Source of the DNA: Escherichia phage JLBYU50
Length of the DNA stretch: 64,000 bases
Strand: one strand, 5' to 3'
Sequence record: OK272470.1
In this document: piece by piece, positions 47,621-56,898 of the stretch
Numbering within the stretch: position 1 is the stretch's first letter
How the letters are laid out: each line of letters begins with the position of its first letter
The notes under the pieces: model-generated
What the model was told of the DNA's origin: nothing
The model's database searches: none
The model's input: only the letters and a program-made list of their open reading frames with translations
Translations under genes and position numbers: made by a program

Positions 47621-48193
47621 TTATTCGCTAATGCTTTGAATCTTATTTACAACACGGTTTATTGCCAGTGAAGCCCTAGGCTCCGCAATACCTGTTGCAT
47701 AGATATAAGGATGACCTTTTGGAGACTCCCTCATACCGAATGAACCTAATTCTAAACCATATTCATCCTCTACGTCAACCCCCATATTAGTGGGTACTAA
47801 ATATGTTTTAACTCCATAATAAGTAGAGAAGAAACAGCGCATAGCGTTAGCATACTCTTCAATTGTAGCATCAGGGTAGAACTCAATCAACTCCAATTTC
47901 AAGAAAATATTAAAATGAGTATCATCTAAATTTTCTTCTGTGCGGTAACATGGTGTTAGTGCCATATACGGATTACCTACTGCAAATTCAAAACCATCCT
48001 TCTCCATTTGCAGGAAAGATTGTTCTGCACTAGCTACATAGTATTTACCGTTAGGATGCCCTAATGGGCGATCCTCTTTATTTTCTGGTAGTGTATACGC
48101 CAGTATATCAGCATCCACGAGATATGGAACTTCTAACATTTGTGCAAATCGACCATAGTAATCAATAGCTTGAGCTATTACTGCAACATTCAT
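47621..48193 (-). CDS. hypothetical protein (possible class II aminoacyl-tRNA synthetase-like core)
   Basis: CYRTEENLDDTHFNIFLKLELIEF resembles class II motif 2 (fRxE...H..EF..E); weak motif-3-like GIAEPRASLAI. Confidence 0.3.
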   Translation of the reverse strand: MNVAVIAQAIDYYGRFAQMLEVPYLVDADILAYTLPENKEDRPLGHPNGKYYVASAEQSFLQMEKDGFEFAVGNPYMALTPCYRTEENLDDTHFNIFLKLELIEFYPDATIEEYANAMRCFFSTYYGVKTYLVPTNMGVDVEDEYGLELGSFGMRESPKGHPYIYATGIAEPRASLAINRVVNKIQSISE

Positions 48194-48441
48194 GATCGAC
48201 CTCCATTGCGGAATGCACGTTTAGTAATGTTTGACATAGTGATCAAATCTTGAAGCGTCATACCAGGAAAATGCTGTTCAAGAACACCTTCAACAGCGCC
48301 TACAATATCTGACAACTCAATAAGTTGCATCAGCTTGCAATCTTGATCAATAGCATCTTGAAGTTCATAAAGCTCTTCTTGAATCTTAGCAACAGAACCA
48401 TACTCCTCTTTGCTAATCTCCTTCAAATGATACCCTGCCAC
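48190..48441 (-). CDS. hypothetical protein (possible MazG-like all-alpha NTP pyrophosphatase)
   Basis: EELYELQDAI ... ELSDIVGAVEGVLEQ acidic helix pattern; weak. Confidence 0.3.
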   Translation of the reverse strand: MAGYHLKEISKEEYGSVAKIQEELYELQDAIDQDCKLMQLIELSDIVGAVEGVLEQHFPGMTLQDLITMSNITKRAFRNGGRS

Positions 48442-48451
48442 TTTAACCCCC

Positions 48452-50188
48452 TTAGTTTACCAGTTTATTTATGTCTGGTAAAAGATTTATTTCACCTAAG
48501 AAATCACCTTCACCTTCCTCTAGCCAACTCTCATATGCTTGTGCATGATTATAGTTACCATCAAAAGAATCTGCAACAAATTTTTCTACAGTTTTTCGAG
48601 ATGTGCCAGCGCCAAATACACCAAGTTTAATACCATTGATCGGTAAAGTGGTGCTTGTTGGTACTTTCTCTGTTGCAACACGGTTGATATCTATAATCTC
48701 CTGTACGGTTGTGTTCCATTGTAAGCATTTAACACAACGGGTATGCGCTACATACAGTAGGTTTCGCTCTGCCTCTTCCAGTCCTACCCATTCACCAGTC
48801 TTTTTATCATAGTTGGAAGGAAAATCATTAGCAACAATAACCTGATCCCACTCCAAACCTTTAGACTTGTGTGCTGTAGTCAGTGTGACTTTTGCTGTAG
48901 GAGAATTTCTATGCGTTCTAAGTGTATGTGCTATGGTGTTCGCCTTACCAGAAACTACGATGTTTAACAAGCGTTTAGCATCTGGATCAGCCTCTGCACA
49001 CTCAACAAATTCATCCCAGTCTGCGTAAGGTAATACAGTTTCATGTTTTACTTTCTCAATATCTCCTCTACGAAGAGCATTAACACTATCTACCATAGAG
49101 ATAAAATCCCTGGTATCTACGTTAATAATAATTTCTTCCCCATCTGCAATACGATCCATTGCCTCCATAAGCAAGGTTAAATTCTTGCGAAAGATGATAG
49201 TGTAAGGTTTTGTATAGTCTACAACATCTGATTTGTAGCTACCTACTACAGTATCAAAGCCTTTACCAACCAAAGGATGACGCAAAGGTTCTTTATCGCT
49301 TAAAATCATATTGGCAATGTTTGCCACTTTGGGGCCAAAACGGAAGCAAGCAGTTAATGGAAGCTCTGCCCCATATGTAGATGTTTCCTTCATCATATTT
49401 TGGCTTCCACGGAACTGGTAGATGCTCTGATATTCGTCACCCACCACTACTACTTGTTTTGCAGATTTAGCATTTCGCAGAATAGACAAGAATGCAGGGT
49501 TAACATCCTGGAATTCATCACCAAAAATAATATCATAACCAAGATCAGCACCAGACAATTCAAACAATTTTACATAGGTGTCATGCGTCATCAAAGTATC
49601 TGTGTTAGGATCGATGCGCTCTCGCCACAATTGTTTTGCATACTTAACTACTTCTGTAATTAGTTTGTGTTCGTTAATACCTTTTCTTTTAATATCTGCA
49701 AGATGTACACCAGGAAAATGTTTACGGCTAATAAAAGGATCATCCGAAAATTCAAACTTACCTACGGTTTGCTTGATCATTAAACCAATCATAGCACGAG
49801 TTAAAAGTGTTTTCCCTCGTTTATCAATAAGATTATTAATCTTAAATTTCTTTGCTATCTCGCTACCTGTACCTGCAACGTTAACATACTGTCCTTCTGG
49901 TCGTGACAGTTTTGCACGTAAACGATGATCCAGGAATTGATAGCAAATAGAATGCAATGTACGGCATTCTACATTTAGTGGCATCTTACGTCGTGCTTCT
50001 TCTGCCATGCTTTTATTGAAAGCTAAGTAAAGAATGCGATCTTCTGTACTGTTAGCCAGCAAATAAAGTGTTGACGTTTTGCCTGATCCAGATTTAGCTT
50101 GGATAGTTAAAAAACGATGGTCTGGAAAAGCCTCCTTAATAGCTGTTTGCTCTTCTGTTGGAGTAAAACTCAACTCTTTCTTAGCCAT
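48452..50188 (-). CDS. superfamily 1 DNA helicase (UvrD/Dda-like)
   Basis: Walker A AKSGSGKTST; motif II FGDEFQD; start reassigned to ATG at 50188 (RBS agagagg). Confidence 0.7.
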   Translation of the reverse strand: MAKKELSFTPTEEQTAIKEAFPDHRFLTIQAKSGSGKTSTLYLLANSTEDRILYLAFNKSMAEEARRKMPLNVECRTLHSICYQFLDHRLRAKLSRPEGQYVNVAGTGSEIAKKFKINNLIDKRGKTLLTRAMIGLMIKQTVGKFEFSDDPFISRKHFPGVHLADIKRKGINEHKLITEVVKYAKQLWRERIDPNTDTLMTHDTYVKLFELSGADLGYDIIFGDEFQDVNPAFLSILRNAKSAKQVVVVGDEYQSIYQFRGSQNMMKETSTYGAELPLTACFRFGPKVANIANMILSDKEPLRHPLVGKGFDTVVGSYKSDVVDYTKPYTIIFRKNLTLLMEAMDRIADGEEIIINVDTRDFISMVDSVNALRRGDIEKVKHETVLPYADWDEFVECAEADPDAKRLLNIVVSGKANTIAHTLRTHRNSPTAKVTLTTAHKSKGLEWDQVIVANDFPSNYDKKTGEWVGLEEAERNLLYVAHTRCVKCLQWNTTVQEIIDINRVATEKVPTSTTLPINGIKLGVFGAGTSRKTVEKFVADSFDGNYNHAQAYESWLEEGEGDFLGEINLLPDINKLVN

Positions 50189-50189
50189 T

Positions 50190-50666
50190 TCAACCTCTCT
50201 TAATTTGTTTAACAAGCATAGGAACAAAATCTCGTTTTAAAATTTGTTCAATAATATGATCAGGTAGCTGTTGGAAATTATAATTAAAAGCTACTGTCTC
50301 ACCTTTAGGTGTTTCTACCCGCACATATAACATGTTACGAAGTTTATCCACTTGTGCTGTGTATTCTAAACCATGTAATTGATGTAATGCAAACATCAAA
50401 TCATCAGTTTCAGTTTGGAATCTATCCCTTCCCTGCATCAAGGACAAGGAAAAAGGTAGATTTTCCCTAAGAGCCACCTTCTTAGGCACTAGTGAAGGGA
50501 AATACTCCCCAATAACTTCCTGTGTAAGCTGAATACACTCTTTTTCAAGCTGGTTTTGTTCCTTGAGTTCACAAACACTCTTTTGTAAAGTATTAACCTC
50601 TTTTTGCAAAGCTGCTAGTTGAGCACTTAACTTTCTTTTTTGATTACGACCAAAACGTTTAGACAT
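50190..50666 (-). CDS. hypothetical coiled-coil protein
   Basis: 158 aa, N-terminal heptad region. Confidence 0.45.
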   Translation of the reverse strand: MSKRFGRNQKRKLSAQLAALQKEVNTLQKSVCELKEQNQLEKECIQLTQEVIGEYFPSLVPKKVALRENLPFSLSLMQGRDRFQTETDDLMFALHQLHGLEYTAQVDKLRNMLYVRVETPKGETVAFNYNFQQLPDHIIEQILKRDFVPMLVKQIKRG

Positions 50667-50780
50667 ATTTCCCCCTAGTAAAACCCCTTAACAATTTGTA
50701 TTAACTCGGCACAACGGTTGACCAACTTTTCCTCACACAGTACACGTTGTGGCATATGTTGTATAATATACTCCATTTGC

Positions 50781-51191
50781 TCATGCCATGTCCACTTTTC
50801 TTTTTTTGTCCGGGATAACATCACTAGCACGAGAATTATCTTTTAATGTTTGTATAATCCAATTGCTTGGAAAGTGCTCTCCACCTTTCTTAAATGGTTT
50901 ATAGTGGCCTAGAGTGAATTGAGAATCCCCTGTTAGAGCACCCAATTTATTTAGATGGATAATCAAACTACGAAACACATAGTATTCATAGATGTTATCC
51001 ACCGTATAGCAAGCATAATATTTCAAGATGCCCTTATCTCGCGGATACTTACCAACATCCAGATTGCACCAGTTGACATTTTCTGGATCATAGTGGTGTT
51101 CCTTAAGCCATATTTCTCTTTCATCAAAGTCTGGATATATTACCGCTCTGCTTACAGAGTCAACAAGTGGAGATTGAGCATCAAAAAACAT
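50781..51191 (-). CDS. hypothetical protein
   Basis: 136-aa ORF. Confidence 0.45.
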   Translation of the reverse strand: MFFDAQSPLVDSVSRAVIYPDFDEREIWLKEHHYDPENVNWCNLDVGKYPRDKGILKYYACYTVDNIYEYYVFRSLIIHLNKLGALTGDSQFTLGHYKPFKKGGEHFPSNWIIQTLKDNSRASDVIPDKKRKVDMA

Positions 51192-51212
51192 TATATTTTC
51201 CTTATTGGTTTG

Positions 51213-51578
51213 TTAAACGTTTTCTAAATCTTTTAAGGCATTACCCAACGTTAGAACAATAACATCGTTTGCTGCCTCTTCCCCATTGATATTGGTGAAA
51301 TTTGGTGTTACAAAAGTAACCATATAAAACTCGTCCACCTGGAAGATAGCAATAACACCATCCATCTTAACATCTTGACGAAAGGAAAAACCAATCATCT
51401 TCTCTTGCAAAGGCATATCCCCTTCCTTCATTACCGCTAGGGAGTTTTCAGGAATGTTATATTTATCTGCTCCAATGTAGATGTACGTAATGTTATCTTT
51501 ATCGTGATGATACAGGGTTGCTTTTTCCATATCTAAACCTGACAGATCAAATACGTTAATTTCTTGTGTAGTCTTCAT
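51213..51578 (-). CDS. hypothetical protein
   Basis: Start reassigned to ATG at 51578 with RBS gggagga. Confidence 0.45.
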   Translation of the reverse strand: MKTTQEINVFDLSGLDMEKATLYHHDKDNITYIYIGADKYNIPENSLAVMKEGDMPLQEKMIGFSFRQDVKMDGVIAIFQVDEFYMVTFVTPNFTNINGEEAANDVIVLTLGNALKDLENV

Positions 51579-51966
51579 AAATATCCTCCCAAATCCAATA
51601 ATCATCTGTGTAAGTAGGATGCCTTTTATCCCACTCTGTTCTAGCCCAAGCAACCGCTGCTACCAACACATCACCATGACAAGGTTGAGGTGAGCAGAAG
51701 CAAACTAAGTCTTTCCCTTCTAATTCTAACAAATCCTCAAGAGTGATTTTACCACAACGAATTTGTTCCCACAACCACTCTTTATATCTTTGTATAGTTG
51801 ACCCTCGTGGTTCATCATCCTTTAACTTAAAAGGATTTGCAAACTTTGAGGCTTTTAACCCCATATGAGGCATAGCTCTGCCAATGTAAACTGCACCTTC
51901 AGGTATTACTTTACCTAAGTGGTAGAAATTCAATACTCTCATATTAACCCAAACACATTTGTGCAA
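51556..51966 (-). CDS. DUF4326-like protein
   Basis: VYIGRAMPHMGLKASKFANPF ... YKEWLWEQI ... GKDLVCFCSPQPCHGDVL matches DUF4326 pattern. Confidence 0.55.
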   Translation of the reverse strand: MHKCVWVNMRVLNFYHLGKVIPEGAVYIGRAMPHMGLKASKFANPFKLKDDEPRGSTIQRYKEWLWEQIRCGKITLEDLLELEGKDLVCFCSPQPCHGDVLVAAVAWARTEWDKRHPTYTDDYWIWEDIYEDYTRN

Positions 51967-52294
51967 TCAAGCCCTGTATAAATTTATTAGCTTCTTTACT
52001 GTCGTAGTCAGTTTCTTCTGGATATCCATCTTCATCGTACACAACTGTACCTTCAATATACCCTGCCTCAATTAAGGCGCGGATCATATCAAATTGCCAG
52101 CATGAGTTACCAAATGGACGTTTACCATTAAAACACTCTTCTTCTTTCCATAACGTAGAGAGTAGTTGTCGGAAATATTCCCGTACAGTGACAGTACCAA
52201 GATCTGAATCCTCAAACATAACATCCAGGGCATCAGGATTGCTTTTCTCTACATAAGGGATATATTTAACACCATTAATAGTTACATCAAGCAC
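51944..52294 (-). CDS. hypothetical protein
   Basis: 116-aa ORF. Confidence 0.45.
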   Translation of the reverse strand: MLDVTINGVKYIPYVEKSNPDALDVMFEDSDLGTVTVREYFRQLLSTLWKEEECFNGKRPFGNSCWQFDMIRALIEAGYIEGTVVYDEDGYPEETDYDSKEANKFIQGLIAQMCLG

Positions 52295-52657
52295 TTATTT
52301 CTCCTTATCATCATATTCTAGGAACATATCTGCACGATATGCTTTACGCTCTTCAAACTTAGCAGGATCTACAACAATAAGCAATACAAGGTTAACATCT
52401 AAATACTTCTTAACAAATAGAAATAAATCTTTTCCACAGTTAAAACCTATACCAGTATAGGCATCCCCATATTGATCTACTGATTTGATCTTCTTACTAA
52501 CCGTACACTCTATGCTATTCTTTTCTTCTTGGTATAAGGCTTTCCCACCCCAATATGTAAAGAATTTAGTACCGTCAGCACCAAGTTTAAAACCCTCTGT
52601 TGCATGTCCCGCAAATGAAAGTAAGCATAACCAAGTGATCATCAGGTACTTTAGCAT
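52295..52657 (-). CDS. secreted periplasmic protein
   Basis: Start reassigned to ATG at 52657; signal peptide MLKYLMITWLCLLSFAGHA. Confidence 0.45.
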   Translation of the reverse strand: MLKYLMITWLCLLSFAGHATEGFKLGADGTKFFTYWGGKALYQEEKNSIECTVSKKIKSVDQYGDAYTGIGFNCGKDLFLFVKKYLDVNLVLLIVVDPAKFEERKAYRADMFLEYDDKEK

Positions 52658-52658
52658 T

Positions 52659-53141
52659 TTAACCACCCAATTGCAAATGTTTAGAAAGAACAATATCCCA
52701 CTGATCACCACAACCGTTATCTATGCGGAACATAATGTACGTATCATCTTCTTCTACGACATATAATACTTCATAGGAATTACAACAGCCTTCCCAATTT
52801 TTAACAGCCTCTGGTGTATCATGTGTAAAAATTTCATTACCATCATATGACCAAAACAAAGGGGTAAGGTTTTCGAAGGTCAGTGAAGTAGGGTTTACTT
52901 CATCTTTAACTGCTTCCTCATATTCTTTATGCGTTTGTACTGCTTTAGTTAGTGTACTCATGTCTATCTCCTTTTCTCCTTCTTGACTATGGAGGATAGC
53001 AAACTCTCTAAACTCCACTTCACGCCACGTTTTTAGGTAGTGCTTTATAATTTTATCAACATCTGCCTGTTCAACATTACTTTTCAAGCAATAGTAATCA
53101 TGGTCTTCGCCCATTCTACCCCATATGCTATACATTGTCAT
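52659..53141 (-). CDS. hypothetical protein
   Basis: 160-aa ORF. Confidence 0.45.
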   Translation of the reverse strand: MTMYSIWGRMGEDHDYYCLKSNVEQADVDKIIKHYLKTWREVEFREFAILHSQEGEKEIDMSTLTKAVQTHKEYEEAVKDEVNPTSLTFENLTPLFWSYDGNEIFTHDTPEAVKNWEGCCNSYEVLYVVEEDDTYIMFRIDNGCGDQWDIVLSKHLQLGG

Positions 53142-53409
53142 CTGATTGATCCTTTACATTGTTCTTGGCATACACAGGAATAACATCATTATGATCTTTA
53201 TTACTTTCATCTGTTAAAGCCCAAAACAACTTACCTGCTGGATGTTTAAAGATGTAAGCAATAGGTTCCTCTTCCTGGGCTTCTTTGCTACGGATACCAT
53301 CCCGCCAGGCAAGCCAAGTGTAGATCATCACTTCTTGACGTTCTTCTTCGTTAGGCCACATATGTGATGGAAAGTTTTTATCAAACCATTGCTTAAATTC
53401 TTCAGTCAT
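53128..53409 (-). CDS. hypothetical protein
   Basis: RBS aaggag 6 nt before ATG at 53409. Confidence 0.5.
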   Translation of the reverse strand: MTEEFKQWFDKNFPSHMWPNEEERQEVMIYTWLAWRDGIRSKEAQEEEPIAYIFKHPAGKLFWALTDESNKDHNDVIPVYAKNNVKDQSDDNV

Positions 53410-53419
53410 AGTCTACTCC

Positions 53420-53584
53420 TTAGCGTACAAAGTTAACTTCTGCTTCTTTCAGCTTTGACACTTCTACATAACCACCATGATCATCTTTAATCCATTCTTT
53501 TCCTTTACGGATGATAACAGGATATGTAGAGTGAGTAAGTTTAGGTACAGATCTTTTTGTTTTAGTGATAGAAATGTTTTGCAT
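53420..53584 (-). CDS. hypothetical small protein (54 aa, not in ORF track)
   Basis: ATG at 53584 preceded by RBS aaggag; stop TAA directly precedes RBS of next gene. Confidence 0.4.
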   Translation of the reverse strand: MQNISITKTKRSVPKLTHSTYPVIIRKGKEWIKDDHGGYVEVSKLKEAEVNFVR

Positions 53585-53644
53585 AGTAGTCTCCTTAGTA
53601 AATTTTACATAGAGTCTAGATTATTTAGTAGATAGAGTCAATAA

Positions 53645-53911
53645 CTAATTACTGTTAGATCTGTATTCTGTCTTCCATTCACAATGGTAAACTTCAACAG
53701 GTTCTAACTTCCAATGTTCAGGAACTAATTCAGGGCAATATCTACAAAAGAGAAATAGATAGATAACTAAGACAGGTATTAAATAGTAAAATGGTATACG
53801 ATCATAACCATACTTACGAGATAACATGTAGACATATAGATAGGGTATAACAATTAATCCTATAACTATAAGTAAGAAGAGAAGTATAAACCTTAGTGTA
53901 GTAACATCCAT
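53645..53911 (-). CDS. small membrane protein
   Basis: Two hydrophobic helices (LRFILLFLLIVIGLIVIPYLYV; LIPVLVIYLFLF). Confidence 0.45.
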   Translation of the reverse strand: MDVTTLRFILLFLLIVIGLIVIPYLYVYMLSRKYGYDRIPFYYLIPVLVIYLFLFCRYCPELVPEHWKLEPVEVYHCEWKTEYRSNSN

Positions 53912-54074
53912 AGTATTCTCCTATACAGTAATATACTCTGTTCCTGCCCCTCCATGAGTGACAGGAACAATATCTATAGAGAATACTAACTCGCTTCGCT
54001 CGTCACCTTTCAGGTTTAGGGTAGCATGTTTTTCTGAAAAAGTCAATACTCTCCACAAAACTTTACAAAATACT

Positions 54075-54347
54075 TTACATAGGTACAACAGAGTCTGTTT
54101 TGAAGTCGTACATATGATTTACACCTGTGATTTTTGACATAGAGATTGCACGTTTAGCACCTGCAATTACCTGGTCTGTCTTCTTAATCTCTTCACGGAA
54201 CTTACGTACAGTTAAAGAGAAGAAACGATGATCCATCCATTGACGATTCACACGATCACGCTTGAAGTGACGGAAATCTTCAATCTGTTTATTGCGCAAT
54301 CGGCGCAGTACATGCAATAGTTGATAGTAAGGGTGTTTATTTTTCAT
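54075..54347 (-). CDS. hypothetical basic protein
   Basis: 90-aa Arg/Lys-rich ORF. Confidence 0.45.
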   Translation of the reverse strand: MKNKHPYYQLLHVLRRLRNKQIEDFRHFKRDRVNRQWMDHRFFSLTVRKFREEIKKTDQVIAGAKRAISMSKITGVNHMYDFKTDSVVPM

Positions 54348-54350
54348 AAA

Positions 54351-54779
54351 TTATTCTCCAAATCGAAAATCGTCAATATCATCAAACCATACACAATGGC
54401 GAGTCCTTTCTTTTTCTGTTGCAGACATTGTTTCAACAGCTTTAGGACTAAGCACAACAGGAATGTAACGAACAGGTCGTTCATAATAGTAGCCATACTT
54501 TTCTGTATTAGCTGCCTCAAAGACTTTACGGCGTTCTTCAAGATCTTCTATGGTGAATCCTACCATATAACCATCATGTTTGCTACCCCATCCTTCCTCA
54601 CTTTCAACAATCGGGATATAAAAGCCGTTACGCGTCCCTGACACTGGTTTTTCTTGAGCCTGAAGGCAAGCCTCCCATCCTGCTTTAAAGACGTTATAGA
54701 GCGATTTACGCACGTTATGAGTGCCGCTTTCGCTTGCTGGATAGAGTTCATTAAATTTGTCTTGAATTTGTTGTGTCAT
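54351..54779 (-). CDS. hypothetical protein
   Basis: 142-aa ORF. Confidence 0.45.
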   Translation of the reverse strand: MTQQIQDKFNELYPASESGTHNVRKSLYNVFKAGWEACLQAQEKPVSGTRNGFYIPIVESEEGWGSKHDGYMVGFTIEDLEERRKVFEAANTEKYGYYYERPVRYIPVVLSPKAVETMSATEKERTRHCVWFDDIDDFRFGE

Positions 54780-54993
54780 ACTCGCCCCTTAGTGATTATT
54801 TGACCAGCTAAACAAATAGCTTGTAGTACAATAAAGAAGTAGCCTAATTTTACACTACCCGATACCCAGAATGCAATGTTTGCAAACAAACAAAAAGCAA
54901 TATTAAGTCTAAAGAATAACATTTAATCCCCTTCATATTTAGGTAAAGGCATATATGCCACAATAGGAGGGTAATCAAAGTGAAAATGATGGT

Positions 54994-55122
54994 TCACCAC
55001 GATAATCTTACCCGACATACTTTTATGCACTTCACAATACCCTTTTCACCATCTTCCATTACCACCACATACTCACCTAGTGGAATATCGTATGGATCTT
55101 CTACTTTTACCCATTCTGTCAT
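54994..55122 (-). CDS. hypothetical small protein (42 aa), possibly 5' part of a frameshifted gene
   Basis: ATGA overlap with upstream small ORF; a second frame continues for 31 more codons from 55018 to 54923. Confidence 0.3.
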   Translation of the reverse strand: MTEWVKVEDPYDIPLGEYVVVMEDGEKGIVKCIKVCRVRLSW

Positions 55123-55274
55123 TTTGTAAACTCCTCATAGTAAGGTAAAGCCTTGATCAGTTGTTCTGAAGTGCCATTTTGTACCCACGTAACACCATTG
55201 TCAACAGAAACATACCCTTTTTTGTCAATAAATTTACGCAGACAGCCCGTGAACTTATTTTTGTAGATAACCAT
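55119..55274 (-). CDS. hypothetical small protein (51 aa, not in ORF track)
   Basis: RBS aaggag 5 nt before ATG at 55274; stop overlaps next start. Confidence 0.4.
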   Translation of the reverse strand: MVIYKNKFTGCLRKFIDKKGYVSVDNGVTWVQNGTSEQLIKALPYYEEFTK

Positions 55275-55286
55275 GTTTACTCCTTG

Positions 55287-55643
55287 TTACATCCACAGGT
55301 TATGAAAATACTTAGCAAACAAAATGCGACCTTCTAAACGATCTTGCCGCTGTTTTTCATTAACTTCTTCTGGTGGAGTTGAGTCCTTAAAAGAAGACTC
55401 CATTTTTTCAAGAATTTCTAACCAGTGTTCTGCTGCTCGTTCTTCCATATAAGGTAGATAGTCACCTTTAGCGTGTGGGTACATCCGACGAAGTAACCCG
55501 CTAGGAATTTTAACATTGTTTGTGGCTATCACTTTTGCACGATATGCAGAAAGTGCATTGTAGATCAGTTTACTTAGTGTCACATCTAGATCAAGAAGAT
55601 CACTCTCTTCAAATTGAATTTCATCGTGTACAATTTTCATCAT
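55287..55643 (-). CDS. hypothetical protein
   Basis: 118-aa ORF. Confidence 0.45.
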   Translation of the reverse strand: MMKIVHDEIQFEESDLLDLDVTLSKLIYNALSAYRAKVIATNNVKIPSGLLRRMYPHAKGDYLPYMEERAAEHWLEILEKMESSFKDSTPPEEVNEKQRQDRLEGRILFAKYFHNLWM

Positions 55644-55924
55644 GCTTTCTCCCGATCTGCCTCTAATTTCAATAAGAAAGCTGTATACTCTTCCGAGCCT
55701 TGGTGTAAAAACATGCGATAAGAGCTTACTAGTTTCTTCGTTGTCGTATAACGTTCCATTTCCCCAACAACACCTCCACCCAAGGTGTAGAGCACAACAC
55801 CCTCAAACCCAACATGAGTTACTACTTCAATCAAATCTGTGTTATCCCAATGGTAGTTAGGTGACACAATAAGATCGCCAACTGCCAATTTAATGTTTGC
55901 TGCTTCGTTTTGTGAATAATACAT
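55640..55924 (-). CDS. hypothetical protein
   Basis: 94-aa ORF, ATGA overlap. Confidence 0.45.
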   Translation of the reverse strand: MYYSQNEAANIKLAVGDLIVSPNYHWDNTDLIEVVTHVGFEGVVLYTLGGGVVGEMERYTTTKKLVSSYRMFLHQGSEEYTAFLLKLEADREKA

Positions 55925-55936
55925 TTGGTTCTCCTC

Positions 55937-56227
55937 TCACATTAAAACACGTTTTGCATTGCTTGGTGCATTGTCGAACATGTTTATCACTTTGTCAAGT
56001 TTGTGTATTAACTCGTTCGTAATGTTCCACTCTTTGTATGATCTCCATTGTTTCTTATTCTCACCTACCTGGTGTAAAACTTTGATGGGTGCATTCAAAC
56101 GTACATTGCGTTCTTTGTCCTCTTCAAAAGAGGCTAACCATTTTTCGTTATGTCCATGAACAGCAATAATAATGCCAAAACCATCAAAAGTTTCTGTAAT
56201 ATTCTTAGTTGCTAGTGTGATGTTCAT
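55937..56227 (-). CDS. hypothetical protein (first gene of - strand block)
   Basis: 96-aa ORF adjacent to divergent promoter region. Confidence 0.45.
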   Translation of the reverse strand: MNITLATKNITETFDGFGIIIAVHGHNEKWLASFEEDKERNVRLNAPIKVLHQVGENKKQWRSYKEWNITNELIHKLDKVINMFDNAPSNAKRVLM

Positions 56228-56286
56228 ATCTAACCTCTTTTGTTACGATACACACAGAGTACCAGAAATTAATTTCAGATCAAGTA

Positions 56287-56315
56287 TTGACATACTGTTT
56301 TATTGTGCTAATCTT
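56287..56315 (+). promoter_or_regulatory. sigma70-like promoter in divergent intergenic region
   Basis: TTGACA at 56287-56292, about 16-17 nt spacer, TAATCT -10-like element. Confidence 0.45.
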
Positions 56316-56346
56316 AATGCATACACAAATGAGAGGAGATAAACGA

Positions 56347-56898
56347 ATGCAAAACATCGATCTTACTTGGATAGAAGCCAAAGAAGCAATGTTAAAAGGC
56401 AAACGCGTTAAACATAAATACTTTTGCGAAGGAGAATGGTTTGAAATGCGTAACCGATCCATTGTAGATGAAAAAGGGAATGACATGCAACAATGGTTCA
56501 AAAATGAAATTTGGCAGGGAACAGGTTGGTCTGTAGTTGAAGAGCAGCCTAGCTCAATCGCACTGTTTAGCCCTATTATGTATCGCGTTATCGGTGCTTT
56601 AGTTGTTGATCACGGGATTGCAGTGGAAAAAGAATACTGGGAAGAGGTATCTTTTTTCAACCTGGCTTCTTATGCAAAAAGCCATATGCACTTGTTTGAA
56701 GAAGGGGATGAATTTGTTCTTCGTATGCGATATGGCAAAGAATTCAGATTACCACTTGATAACGATGTAGACACTGTTGTAAAATGGTTAGCAGAGCATT
56801 ATGCTTACGATGCAATTTGTGGTCGCAGCTTCGGCAACGAACGCTGGGACATGATTTGTGAAAAATATGATTTTGAGCCGGAATACGGAGTTTTATAA
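56347..56898 (+). CDS. protein with DUF2829-like N-terminal domain (Tad2-like candidate)
   Basis: Start reassigned to ATG at 56347 (RBS gagaggag); N-terminus LTWIEAKEAMLKGKRVKHKYF resembles DUF2829 opening FGEALEALKxGKKVxRxGW. Confidence 0.4.
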   Translation: MQNIDLTWIEAKEAMLKGKRVKHKYFCEGEWFEMRNRSIVDEKGNDMQQWFKNEIWQGTGWSVVEEQPSSIALFSPIMYRVIGALVVDHGIAVEKEYWEEVSFFNLASYAKSHMHLFEEGDEFVLRMRYGKEFRLPLDNDVDTVVKWLAEHYAYDAICGRSFGNERWDMICEKYDFEPEYGVL

